The position numbers were made by a program, and so were the translations under genes. DNA of 64,000 nucleotides from Paraspadella gotoi (taxonomy: Eukaryota > Animalia > Chaetognatha): NCBI GenBank assembly GCA_051294375.1, contig CM119270.1:99355-163354 (forward strand), read 5' to 3'. Under the pieces are notes generated by a model, which was not told the DNA's origin, ran no database searches, and saw nothing but the letters and a program-made list of their open reading frames with translations. The first letter of the stretch is position 1. Every line of letters starts with the position of its first letter. Positions 35,563 through 47,532 of this stretch are shown in pieces.

Positions 35563-36588
35563 GTCCATCCGTCCACTCCATCAATCATCAATCCATCCAA
35601 GATAAGGCTCACCTTACCGCCAGAACCTCTTCTCCCCCGGGCCTTCTCTTTCCCCCTCTCACCGCCTTCTCCTTCCCCTCAGTCGAGTCCCCTTTCCTTC
35701 TTTCATCCCCGCAGTCACGGATAGAGCTCTCGGAGATCGGACTCACATAAGTTACGACTTCTCCTCTCCCGGTCTCGGGGTCTGCGAAACCTTCCCTCTC
35801 CCTTTCCTTCCCATTTTATAGATACCCCTTGTTCCCTATTGTCACTATAGTTACATTACTATCACCAATATATTCCCTACCCTACTTACCTCTTTTCCGT
35901 CCGTCCATCCATCCATCCATCCGTCCATCCCTCCATCCATCCCTTTCTCCCTCCCTCAGGTCATTTCAGAGATAATCAAGTGACCCACTTCGTAGCGTCC
36001 CTCTCCGCCGGGACAGTTGCCACTCTCCTATCCCAACCGATAGATGTCTTCAAGACTCGACTCATGAACGCCAAATCCGGAGAATTTAGTTCCTTCAAGT
36101 CAATGGTCATTTATACTTGGGAGACCGGGCCCAGAGGTTTCTTCAAAGGCTTCGTGCCAGGTAGGGGGCTGCTTTTTGGGAAGGAGGGGTTGAATAGGAA
36201 TTTAGTGATGGATAGATAGGGTTAGAGATGGATTGATAGGGTTAGAGATGGATAGAGAAAAAAACTTAGAAAAATAGAAAAAAATAATAATAAAGGAAAA
36301 AAAACAAAGATTCTTATGTAACCTGGACTCGCTGATTTTTATTATTTTTCCCCGGAACTAATTAATCCTTTTTTGTTTTCCATTTAAAAATCCGTATTTC
36401 ACCAGTTCTAAAATATTTTAGGTAGTATCCTCGTATGTAACTCAACTTCATTCATTTCAGCCTTAATCCCCGTATGTAACTCAACTTCATTAATTTCAGC
36501 TTGGATTCGTCTCGGGCCACAAACGATCATAACTTTTCTTCTCTTTGAACAACTTCGTTTGAATTTTGGAAAAATCGTCCCAGCGTAA
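31671..36588 (+). CDS. SLC25A10: Mitochondrial dicarboxylate carrier, join(31671..31697,32395..32514,33051..33165,34046..34247,34512..34630,35960..36160,36500..36588), 290 aa
   Basis: The spliced product has three PxDxxKxR-type carrier motifs ([36 protein letters not shown]) and DIC-specific segments ([32 protein letters not shown]). All introns are GT-AG with consistent phases. Confidence 0.95.
32100..32245 (+). mobile_element. Family 3 short dispersed repeat carrying the P5 twister
   Basis: Homologous to 10171-10280 (reverse) and 42685-42780. Confidence 0.7.
32142..32200 (+). ncRNA. Putative twister ribozyme, P5-type permutation (family 3, copy A)
   Basis: Hand parse: P5 UCUUG/CAAGA; P2' GAGU; GA; T1' UGG; P1 AGGCCU; G^AA; P2 ACCA; T2 GC; AAAG; P4 CCUG/CAGG; L4 UCCAAAGU. 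T1 is CCA/UGG. Only 2 of 4 P2 pairs form. Confidence 0.7.
32395..32514 (+). CDS. SLC25A10: SLC25A10 exon 2
   Basis: [40 protein letters not shown]; TTCTAAC branch, CCAG acceptor, GTCTGA donor. Confidence 0.95.
32496..32908. repeat. ~65-bp minisatellite reiterating the SLC25A10 exon 2 end and donor
   Basis: 7 copies of AAGATGGGAATGTTGCAG|GTCTG including the genuine one. Confidence 0.9.
33051..33165 (+). CDS. SLC25A10: SLC25A10 exon 3
   Basis: [38 protein letters not shown]. Confidence 0.95.
34046..34247 (+). CDS. SLC25A10: SLC25A10 exon 4
   Basis: ...[34 protein letters not shown]...[12 protein letters not shown]. Confidence 0.95.
34512..34630 (+). CDS. SLC25A10: SLC25A10 exon 5
   Basis: [39 protein letters not shown]; GTAAGA donor. 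Confidence 0.95.
34969..35600 (+). other. Indel-riddled copy of SLC25A10 exon 5 + downstream intron after an N-gap (probable gap-fill artefact)
   Basis: Starts at the gap edge without an acceptor; frameshifted copy of 34526-34943. Confidence 0.8.
35960..36160 (+). CDS. SLC25A10: SLC25A10 exon 6
   Basis: [36 protein letters not shown]...GFFKGFVP. Confidence 0.95.
36500..36588 (+). CDS. SLC25A10: SLC25A10 terminal exon 7
   Basis: [29 protein letters not shown]. Confidence 0.93.
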
Positions 36589-36595
36589 GTCAAAG

Positions 36596-36951
36596 GCGAA
36601 GAAGATCTGCGGCGAAGATGATCTACGGCGAAGATGATCTACGGCGAAGATGATCTATGTTGAAGCTGATCTGCGGCGAAGATGATCTACGGCAAAGATG
36701 ATCTGCGGCAAAGATGATCTATGGCGAAGATGATCTACGGCGAAAATGATCTATGTTGAAGCTGATCTGCGGCGAAGATGATCTACGGCGAAGATGATCT
36801 ACGGCGAAGATGATCTGCGGCGAAGATGATCTACGGCGAAGATGATCTACAGCGAAGATGATCTATGGCGAAGATGATCTATGTTGAAGCTGATCTGCGG
36901 CAAAGATGATCTACAGCGAAGATGATCTACGGCGAATATGATCTAGGGCGA
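36596..36951. repeat. 16-bp minisatellite immediately after SLC25A10 stop (GGCGAAGATGATCTAC)
   Basis: About 22 units with a recurring TGTTGAAGCTG variant (higher-order pattern). Confidence 0.9.
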
Positions 36952-37134
36952 ACCTGTGCAGAGCGAATCTACGGCAAAATAACTTTTGTTAAAGATTCAA
37001 GCTTTTCTATTTTAATTTATATTTACTAATATAAAATCATTGTATCATATTTTCATTAAATTGTTTCCCTTTTTTCGCTTTTGATTAAAACTCTTTTAAT
37101 TTTTTTCCCGTTGCGACCAGAAGATCACAAATTA

Positions 37135-37277
37135 CGAATCACGAATCAAGAATCACGAATCAAGAATCACGAATCAAGAATCACGAATCAAGAATCAAGA
37201 ATCAAGAATCAAGAATCACGAATCACGAATCAAGAATCAAGAATCAAGAATCAAGAATCACGAATCATGAATCACGA
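37135..37277. repeat. 7-bp repeat (GAATCAA/GAATCAC)
   Basis: About 20 units. Confidence 0.9.
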
Positions 37278-38001
37278 AGCGACCCTTAAATTCACTTTTT
37301 GGTCCGATCGTCTCTCTTAATATTTCAAATTTATATAAAACCGTATCAATTAAGATAATATAATAAAAAAAACTTGTTAAGAAACAAGTTTGAGCAAACC
37401 ATACCACGATCATAAGCGGTAATTAAAGATTAATTAATTATTAACTAATTAATTAATTATTAAAATATTTAAATTATTAATTAGATCCGGCATTGTTTGC
37501 TGAAACTTGTTTGTTTTTGGGTCTTTTCAATCCTGACCAGTGACCAGTGACCAGTGACCAGTGACCACGACAAAAGCAACGACGACGATGATGGCGAGGA
37601 CGACGACGATAACACCGACGATGATAGTTGATTGATTGATTGATCAAATTAATTATTAATTAATTGATAAAGAAATATAAGAAACTATGAATTATAAATA
37701 AAAATATATTCCATATTAAATATTTCAATCAAAAAGTAGTGTAGCTCAAGTTTATATTATTTTATTTAGTATTTAAGTTTCAGCCTCAACATGCTTAATT
37801 ATTTTATCGCTCAAAGTCAAAAAAGCTTTTTTATATTAATATCATCGCAGAAAATGATATTATTAAAGATTAAAAATTCAAATCCCCTAAAAAGCGTATG
37901 TATATTTCCTGGTTCTTAAAATTCTATTTTACTTTTTTTTTGGAGAAAATAAAAGAGAGAGAAAAAAAATTTGGTGAAATGCAAATTAGTGCGAGTGTGA
38001 A

Positions 38002-38034
<33 letters not shown>

Positions 38035-38296
38035 CTTCGCGTGGTTGATTCTACGAATGAAATTAATTTGCAATTCCTTCGGATTTTTTTCTTGGCGAAT
38101 TTTCTCTTTCATTTGAATCTTGAGCTTTTTATTTCTTTCATACTCTCGCGGGTGACAAAGAGAAAGAACTGACTTTGCATTCCAAGTGAAAAAACAGGGT
38201 GATTCCAGCAAGTGGTCTATTAAGCTGTGGTCTCTCACTACTACGTTATTAGTTAACTGTGATTCTTAAGGTTATTACCTATTAGTTATTAGTTAT

Positions 38297-39270
38297 TAGG
38301 GCGTTGAAAAATAACGAAATATAACAAATCAAGTGAGGTACATAGCTATTTTAGTGTAATAAAGTTTGTAGAATTCGATGATGAAAACCATTTTTTTGTA
38401 TAGTCTCATCTTCTTTGTCGGAAATGGCGATTTTTGCAGCATATAAGTTACTATTATAATTGAGTATAAGAAACTCAAATTATTAAGATTTTATAAAATC
38501 CATATTTAACTTACATAATATAAAAATAAAGACCCATATAAATATTTTGGTAGGTTTATTTACAAATTTTATATTTTATTAATAGTTTGTTAGCTATATT
38601 TATTAATAAATAATAATAAAAAATAAGCTAAAGTGAAAAAATTAAAATTTTAAAATTTTAAAACCGGATTTGAATTCCTTACAAAAAGTTGATATAAGAA
38701 AGTATAATCCATTTTAAAAAATTCTTTTATTAAGTAGGTTAAAAATATTTAAAAAGTTTTATTTTTGTTTAATTTTTTAATTTTTGGCTTAAAATTATAG
38801 TTTTTCTAAATTTTGACGAACTTAATGACATAATTTTAATATAAAAATTATATTTTCTTACTTCAACTTTTTGCAAGGAATGCAAATCCATGAAAAAAAT
38901 TTTGAAATTATTATTTTTTAACTTTAACCTAATTTTTACTCATAATTATTAATAAATATAGTTAACTAACTTTTTATAAAACATAAAATTTAGAAATAAA
39001 CTTACCAAAATATTTTTATAAGTCTTTATTTTTATATTTCAAAAGCTCATATAAATTTTATAAAATTTTAATAATTTGATTTATCATAACTTATAATGGT
39101 TTTGCTATTTTATAACAATTTTATATACACTAAAAACCGTCATTTCCAACAAGAAAGATAAAATTATACAAAAAAATGGTTATCACCATCAAATTCTACA
39201 GACTACATTACACTAAAATAGCTATGTACCTCACTTGATTTGTTATATTTTGTTATTTTTCAACGCTCTA
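38297..39270. mobile_element. Palindromic non-autonomous DNA transposon (MITE/foldback), hAT-like
   Basis: Termini TAGGGCGTTGAAAAATAAC / GTTATTTTTCAACGCTCTA, inverted arms of about 400 bp, 8-bp direct repeat TTAGTTAT either side (38289-38296 / 39271-39278), no ORF. Confidence 0.85.
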
Positions 39271-40382
39271 TTAGTTATTAGTGGACTGTGATTCACGTGG
39301 TTTATATTAATTTATGATCGGGGAAAAGACGGAAAGGAGGGGGGAGGGAGGGGGGAGGGAGAAAGAGAGGGAGAGAGCAAGAGAGGGAGAATAGAGGGAG
39401 AAAGGGAGAAAGGGAGAAGAGAGGGAGAAAGAGAGGAAGCGAAGGAGAAAGGGAGAAGAGAGGGATGAAAGAGAGGAAGAGAGAGAGAAAGGGAGATGAG
39501 AGGGAGAGAGGGAGAAAAAGAGGAAGCGAGGAAGAAATAGAAAAGAGAGGGAAAAAGAGAGGAAGAGAGAGAGAAAGGGAGATGAGAGGGAGAGAGAGAG
39601 AAAGAGAGGAAGCGAGAAAGAAAGGGAGATGAAAGGGAGGAGAGAGGGAGAAAGAGAGGAAGAGAAGGAAAAACAGAGAAAAGAGGGATGAAAGAGAGGA
39701 AGCGAGAGAGAAAGGAAGATGAGAGGGAGAGGGGGAGAAATAAAGGAAGAAAGGGAGAAATGGAGGAAGCAAAAGTCAAAGCGAAAAGACTTACGAAAGT
39801 AAGGAATTTAAACAGAGAGAAGTGGGCGATTTTGACCTTGACTGACTGAGTGAATAACATATTTGATTGGATGATTTTACTGACTGACAGACCAAGTGAC
39901 TGACTGACTGAATCTACTGATAGATTGACAAAAAGACTGACAGACTGTCTTAATGGACTGTATCATTGGACAGGCTTACTCACTGACACGACTCACTGAT
40001 TACCAAATTGACTGACTGATTGATTTACTGATGGACTGATGGTTTGACTAACTGGACAGATTGACATACTGACTGACTGACTGACTGACTGATTGACTAA
40101 AAAGAGAATTCCTGACTTTTGTCGTCTCAGTTTTTCCGTGGGCGAAATATGATTAGTGTATTCATTAACTCTGTCTCGCTATAATTCTTACTCTATCTTT
40201 TCGTTGACTCTGTCTCGCTCTGACTTTCTCTCTTTCAATCTCTATCGCTCTAGCCAATTGCAACTGAGTTTGAGCAAAGAGAAAAAAAGAAAAAAAAAGA
40301 AAAAAAAGAAAAAAAAGAAAAAAAGAAAAAAAGAAAAAAAAAGAAAATTGGGGGAGGAAAAGAGGAAATGAGAAGTTTTGTG

Positions 40383-40429
<47 letters not shown>

Positions 40430-40772
40430 GAGTGAGAGAATGGAAAACGTGCGTTGAGAATAGTATTGGCTCATAGATTTATCTCTTTGGTTTCCTTTTC
40501 TTTTCTGGCCTCAAGACATTATTGAACCTAAGCCCCCAGAAAATTAAATGTTTATGTTAAAAATGCTTATTATCTCCTATAATACAACCTTTGAATTCTC
40601 AGCAAATGAACAAATCAAACCTGACTGCAACAAAAACGATTATTCATTCTGACTACAAGAAAAACAAGTCTTGCAATGGACTGCAACCGCTACCTTCCCT
40701 TCGTCCATTTGTGTCGCGCATCGTTTGTTTTAGGATTCATGGAAACTTCCTTGCGATTAATGTGACGGCTTC

Positions 40773-40831
<59 letters not shown>

Positions 40832-40963
40832 AATTGTATATCTTGGCTCGATTCCATTTTGGCGACGAAATCTTCTCTTCTCTTTTTATTTCTTTCGCTT
40901 CGCGATTTTTACGCCAAAACCGATTTTGGTTCCAAGGTTGTTACCGTTGTCGTTGTTGTTGTA

Positions 40964-41020
<57 letters not shown>

Positions 41021-41831
41021 TCTTTAATAGTCTCTACGGTCGTAATAGTCCGAATGAAATCACACCTTAAATGGTTTGTTTTTCTTAATTCAGTTTAGGA
41101 TAGCTAAACCTTTTAAGAATCTTCAATATCGTCGTCGTTGTTGTCGTCGTCATCGTCATCGTCATCATCATCGGCGTCGTCGTCGTCGTCGTAGTCGTCG
41201 TCGTCGTAGTCGTCGTCGTCGTCATTATCATCGTCGTCGTCGTTTTCGGTTTGTATTCGTAGTAAACTCTTGGTTCATTCATTACGATTTCTGCTCCATT
41301 TGTTTAACGTAAACGTAACGAGTTTTGACGACGAAAAAGGGAGGAAAAAAAATAGTAACTTGGCTTAATATTATCGAGAGACTTTTTCTAAAAATGAAAA
41401 AAAGGATATTATACCACTTAGTTGATTAGGAAGCAAATAAATTGTTATTGTTAAGTTATTATCTTATAAGAAGTAACGATGCCTTGCCCCGTACTAACCC
41501 ATACAATGAGTTGAATCCATTTTAATGGATTATTGAGACGAGACGCAATATCTTAACGGATTTTAAATAATACAAAAAAGCGTTAACATTTTGTTTTTCT
41601 TCATTTTAAATTAAGATGAGTTTTAGTTTTTCTTTCTTTACTTCATTAATTTTAAGTTTAAATATTGACATTTTTTTTTATTTCTTTTTAGCCGGATCTG
41701 CTTACAGCAGATCTGGGCTCTTTAATTTAATAAACATTAATTAATTAATGACTATAAATTAATTAACTTGGAAATTGGGATTAATTACCCTAAGGACCAG
41801 CAATCTCTCTCTCTCTCTCTCTCTCTTCTCT

Positions 41832-41871
<40 letters not shown>

Positions 41872-42354
41872 CTCTCTCTGGTCTCTCTTTTTTCAATCTT
41901 TTTTTGTATTAAAATAAAAAAAATATTTAGATAAAAAAAATATTTAGAGATCGAATTTTTTGCTCACAATCGAGAGATAAGGAGCGAAGACGAAGACGAC
42001 GACGACGACGACGACGACGATAACGACGACGACGACAACAACAACACGACGAAGCAAGTTCTTTCCTTTCTTTATTTTTTTTATTTAGTATAGTAAAATG
42101 ATGTTATAAATGACTGGTTTATGAAAACAAAGGCTTTATCTGCCGGACAAACGAGAGGCTGTCGAGACAATCTTTTGAACATCAACAAAAAAAGACAACG
42201 ACGACGACGACGACGACTACGACGATGACGACGACTACGAGAAAGACGACGACGACGACGACGACTTATGGAGTTTGGGAGAAACCCTTGACTTTTTCGT
42301 TTAAGGTCAAGGAAGGAGCAACCGATCCGATGGCGGGGAGAATGATGATGATGG

Positions 42355-42391
<37 letters not shown>

Positions 42392-42532
42392 GATGATGAT
42401 GATAATGTTGACGATGATGTTGATGATGTTGATGATGACGATGATGATGATGAAGATGAAGATGATGATGATTATGATGATGATGATAATGATGTTGTTG
42501 ATAATGATGATGATGANNNNNNNNNNNNNNNN

Positions 42533-42567
<35 letters not shown>

Positions 42568-42684
42568 AGTAAAAGAAAGGAAAAAAGCAAAAACAAAAAT
42601 CAATGAAAAGTGAATCGACGAAAAAAGTAGGTCAGACATTGACGATGCATATCGATCGAAGAGCAACGATAAAGAATCATCGAG

Positions 42685-42740
42685 TAAGAGTGATGGAGAC
42701 CTTAAACCAGCAAAGCCTGTCCAAAGTCAGGGGCAAGATA
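42685..42740 (+). ncRNA. Putative twister ribozyme, P5-type (family 3, copy B; 5' P5 strand lost)
   Basis: GAGU-GA-UGG-AGACCU-UAA-ACCA-GC-AAAG-CCUG-UCCAAAGU-CAGG-GGCAAGAUA. Confidence 0.65.
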
Positions 42741-42879
42741 GTTTATTTATTGAATGAATGGATGATTTTGATATTGGTTGTACTGTAGCGAGCGAGTGAG
42801 CCACTTATTAGATGATGAACTGTATCTCTAGATATTAAAATATTAAACTCTTTAACAAAATAACAAATAAATCTAATAT

Positions 42880-43119
42880 GGCAACGGGAGGATTGCCTGT
42901 GATACCCGGGGCGCGGGGTATCTCACCAACTGGCGTAGGGGCTGCGGACCCTCAGTGACAGCCTCCTGTCACTGGCACCGTCACATTTAAGCCAGAACCG
43001 GGATAGCCAGGGATTGAACCCGGGACGCACGGATGGAATGAGATGATTTAGCCTGCTCAGCCATTGAGACGAGGCTGAGGACGGACAGCAGTGAGGCAGC
43101 TTTAAGTCTTGCTGCCACA
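42880..43119 (-). mobile_element. Family 2: tRNA-derived SINE with degenerate twister-like domain, 7-bp TSD
   Basis: A-box TGGCTGAGCAGG (43063-43052), B-box GGTTCAATCCC (43020-43010), flanking direct repeat CTAATAT (42873-42879 / 43120-43126); absent from the duplicate at ~49535. Confidence 0.8.
42922..42987 (-). ncRNA. Degenerate twister-like fold (family 2)
   Basis: UGA-CGGU-GC, P3 CAGUGACAG/CUGUCACUG, P4 AGGG/CCCU, L4 UCCGCAGC, AC, GCCA, GU, UGG. The topology fits but three conserved A residues are changed. Confidence 0.45.
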
Positions 43120-43437
43120 CTAATATAGATAAAATACTCGCGATCTCGGGACTCCTCGACTACAAATAGGCGTTGATTGGTAAACGCCACACCTGTATAA
43201 GTGAACAAATGAACAGGGCAACTATTCACTGATAGATTGCACCAGTTATCTCAACATATATTTTATTATTGTTATTCCTTTTATTTTGTCTTCTCTTCAG
43301 TGGATTGTAGCTGCTTGGTGGCAAAAGCAACTGAATATCTATATGCTTTGATTATTTTATTAAGGTCTGCTTTTATAATTACCCAAGAAAATTGGTTAGA
43401 GACGTTTTATTAATAAACAATTAAATTAACTGATTGT

Positions 43438-43927
43438 GCCACGTCACGGACGTCAGCGTCAACGTCTCCCGTTTCCAGTCAACGCCATCCTATCAGCTGA
43501 CGCTCGTGGCGCCCGCCACAGTATCTATTTCAATGAGCAAAAAGCGATCGAGTCAAATTATTTGTCAAAATGGCCAACCTGCAAGAATTGAGCGCGTGAC
43601 TCAATCTAATGTCTTTTAATCAGCGCCATGTCTATGACGCAGTCAGCCAATGAGATGCAATGCAATGCAATGACTTCATTCTCTCACCAAAGACGACTCA
43701 CGTAACCATCTTAGCTTTGCTGAATGTTACAGACTCTAACATCTATGAATTGATTAAAAAAAATTTTTTGAAATAAAATTGTTCCAGTTAAAATTCTCTT
43801 TTAATATTTAAAGTGATGTTTTTCATACGTTTCTTAGTTGCGAAACTTTTTACATTTTTTGGAAATAATGAGCAGTACACACAATGACAGTGCACGCAAT
43901 GACAGTGCACGCAATGACAGTGCACGC
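43438..43927. promoter_or_regulatory. bZIP/CCAAT/MRE motif cluster (enhancer-like)
   Basis: CCACGTCA 43439, GACGTCA 43449, CGTCA 43457, TGACTCA 43597, AGCCAAT 43645, three TGCACGC at 43891/43906/43921. Confidence 0.45.
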
Positions 43928-44700
43928 AATGCGGTGCAACAACTTCAACCAAAATCCTTTCTTGGTATACCGGTAGAAAAAAAATGACTTCATGAAATTT
44001 GTAAAAGAAAATGAGCAACCTAATTATTTTGAATTCTCGGACAGTTGTTAACTTAATTTCAAAAACATCTTTTTCTCTCAAAACAAAAAAGATTCTCGAA
44101 CTTTTTTGTCGAGTTTTTGATAAAAGGAAAAGAAAATATGAATAAATGAATCTTAATTTTTTAGAGATGTTTCGTTTTCATTTGACCGACGTCAATTTAA
44201 AATGTTTTTTTTCATGGGACAATAGGCTTTTTATAAATTTAACAGTAGTGGGTTGACCTGTACAATTTTTTTCCCAACCGTAGTGTAAGGATTGAGAAAA
44301 TTCTGGACGAAAATTATGATGCAAATTTCTATTTGATTTTGAGTTTTTCTATTTTTAAATTTTTATTTTTCCATCTCTGATCTTCGTTTTTTCATTTTAT
44401 CTTTTAATTAGCGGCTTTTTTTTTAAGTTTTAGTTGACAAAACAGACGAAAAAACAGTTGACAAAACAGACAACCACATCTCTTCATTTCTTATTTCTTT
44501 TATCTTCACTTTTCCATTCTTTTTTGTTTTTTTCTTTTCTTTACTTTTCTTTTCTTTTCTTTTCTTTTCTTTTCTTTTCTTTTCTTTTCTTTTCTTTTCT
44601 TTTCTTTTCTTTTCTTTTCTATTCTATTCCATTCCACTTTATTTTCCAATCCATTTATTTGCTCAAATTTAAACTCTTTAACTTTCTCCCCTCAGTTAGA

Positions 44701-44952
44701 GATCGAGGTTCGAGTCCCATACAGATCTGGGTTCGAGTCTCATCCAGATCTGGGTTCGAGTCCCTTTCAGATCTGGGTTCGAGTTCCATCCAGATCTGGG
44801 TTCAAGTCCCATCCAGATCGGGGTTTTAATCCCATCCAGCTTTGGGTTCGAGTCCCATCCAGATCTGGGTTCGAGTTCCATCCAGATCTGGGTTTAAATC
44901 CCATCTAGATCTTGCTTCGAGTCCCATCCAGAACTGGGTTCGAGTCCTATCC
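44701..44952 (+). repeat. 23-bp minisatellite of tRNA T-arm/B-box units (CCAGATCTGGGTTCGAGTCCCAT)
   Basis: 11 units; noisy duplicate at ~51200-51460. Confidence 0.9.
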
Positions 44953-45365
44953 TATCTTAGGGTTTCTTATCTAAAGAGCAACTTTAACTCGGCACAAACT
45001 CACGCACGATTTTCATCCTCGTTTTCGATCCCGTCAGACTTTTGAAGCGTCGTCGTCGTCGTCGTCTTCGTCGTCGTCTTCGTCGTCGTCGTCGTCTTCT
45101 TCAGTCATCATTGACATCTTTCATTATCATCGTCATCGTTCAAATCAATTGTTTAGTTATTTGAATATTTCCAAGGTCCAAAACTTCAATGTCATCATGT
45201 CATGTCATGTCATCAACATTTGTCATAGAGTTTTCCTTCTCATCGTCTTTGTCGTTATCATCGATATTTCGGTCATGTCATTGTGGTCGTCGTCGTCTTC
45301 ATCGTCGTCGTCGTCGTCGTCGTCGTCGTCCTCTCTCTTCCATCGCGTTATCGCCGGCGCCATTC

Positions 45366-45400
<35 letters not shown>

Positions 45401-45555
45401 ATCGTCGACGTTCACGTCGTCGTTGCTAAGAGACGGACGCGCAAATCCGCGCGAGATTTTGAAGCAGAATTTTTTTGTATTTTTTTTCTTTTGTGGCTGA
45501 AAAAAGAAAAAGAAACTTTTTTAATATTTTTTTTGTTTAATTTTTACTCTTACTC

Positions 45556-45601
<46 letters not shown>

Positions 45602-46326
45602 CTCCCTCTCTCCCTCTCTCTCTCTCGTTGTCCTAAAACAACGATTAAATTAGCATTTTTGCGTCAACGCGGAAAATCATTTACATGGAAATCCTATATC
45701 TTCTGTACAAATCGCCGTGGCGTCTGCTTTTGATTACCCTGTACGGATTTATTGTAAACTTACTAGTACAAACAACCAACGGTTTTGTGCTTATTTTCTC
45801 TCGAATAATTTTTTAAACAATTTTTTGTCTTGTTGTCATCTTTGTTGTTGTCATCTTCACTTTGTTTTCTTTGTTGTTGTTTATGGTTGTCATCTTTGCC
45901 GTTGTCACTTTTGCCGTTGTCATCTTTGATGTTGTCATCTTCATTGTTTAAAACAATCAGGCGCCAATCAAATTAAAACAATCGTTTATTATGCGTCATC
46001 ATAATTAAACCAATCAAGGAACAATCAAGCAACTATCCACCAAATGTAACCAAATGTAACAAATAGAGCGGAAACGAAATACATCGGGCGATTAATTTAA
46101 GATTTAAATGTCGAAATCTTTTTGACGAGAAGCTTAACTATCGAAGGAATAAAGCATGAGTAAAGCAGGAATAAAGCAAAGTTTAAATCTCGAAGGAATA
46201 AAGCATGAGTGTCACCATTTGCTGGAACAGGGAAAAGAGAATGCATGGAAATGAAACATTTTTATCCTTGATGCTTTATTCGCTTTCAGCCTCATTATCG
46301 GTTATTATTAGTAATTATTATTATTA

Positions 46327-46414
<88 letters not shown>

Positions 46415-47473
46415 CAGCCTCATTATCGGTTGAAGCAAAGAACAATTTAATGCAGTAGAACTTTTTGTGGCAAAATTGTACAAACGATCAGAAAGTTTTT
46501 TGTTTTTTTAAGAAAATACTTTTTACCTTAACATTTTAAAACGATGATTTTATAGTATATTTAATCAATACTACTAAGCTCTATCAAAAACTTTTAAATT
46601 TCTGGTTTATGTTATGCTTTATATTTTGCGTTAATACTTTTTTGTTTTATATATTTTTTTTATAAATTCGTTTTTAATTAAATTTGTGTTAAAATAAAGT
46701 AAAAACATATTTTTATTACTTCTCTTTATGAAAAATACAAATAGTTAACAAATTAATAGTTTTTAATGGTTAACCGTTAAAATATTGCATTTTTCATCGA
46801 TTAAAATTTTGAAAATGAATCGTTTTTTTAATCCCTAAAACAGATAGAGATGTCGTGTTGTAATTGTTATTGTTATTTTCGTGGTTCTTACTGGTGTTGT
46901 TGCTGATGCTGGTGCTGTTGTTTCAGTTGTCTTTGATGTTGTTGTTTCTGTTTTAGTTGTTTTCGGTTGAAGTGATAAACACCTGATGCAAAGAGACACG
47001 AGCCGCAGAAAAAAGGATGACTGGAGTCAATGGAAAGTGGAGCGAAAGACTGGCAGATGGAACAGAAAATGGCAATGGGGTGAATGTATGGCATTCAGAA
47101 GATAAAATAGCAATGTAGCCAATGACCCGCGACAAAGATGCATTCACGTTGGTGGTCAGAAAGGAATATTGTGGTTAAGGGCAAGGTTGGTTTTTGTTAA
47201 AGGCAAAGATCATTGTGGTTAAGGGCAAAGATAACTGTGGTTAAGAGCAAAGCGCATTGTGGTTCAGGGCAAAGATAACTGTGGTTAAGCTTAGGAAAGT
47301 GAAGGATTAAATTGTAAATGATGGGGAACATTGTAACTTGAATTAAAAATTACAATAACTTCATTTTACATTTTAGGTACCAACCCAAACATAAACTAAC
47401 TTGAATAATAGTTAAAGGAAGGAGAAGAGACAATTGTAAAGAAAAACTGGAAATGGCATAAGAAAGATGAGGT

Positions 47474-47507
<34 letters not shown>

Positions 47508-47532
47508 NNNNNNNNNNNNNNNNNNNNNNNNN

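Noticed and set aside
43372-43390. Nematode SL1-like TAATTACCCAAG
   Set aside because: Partial match in AT-rich DNA with no donor or Sm site following.
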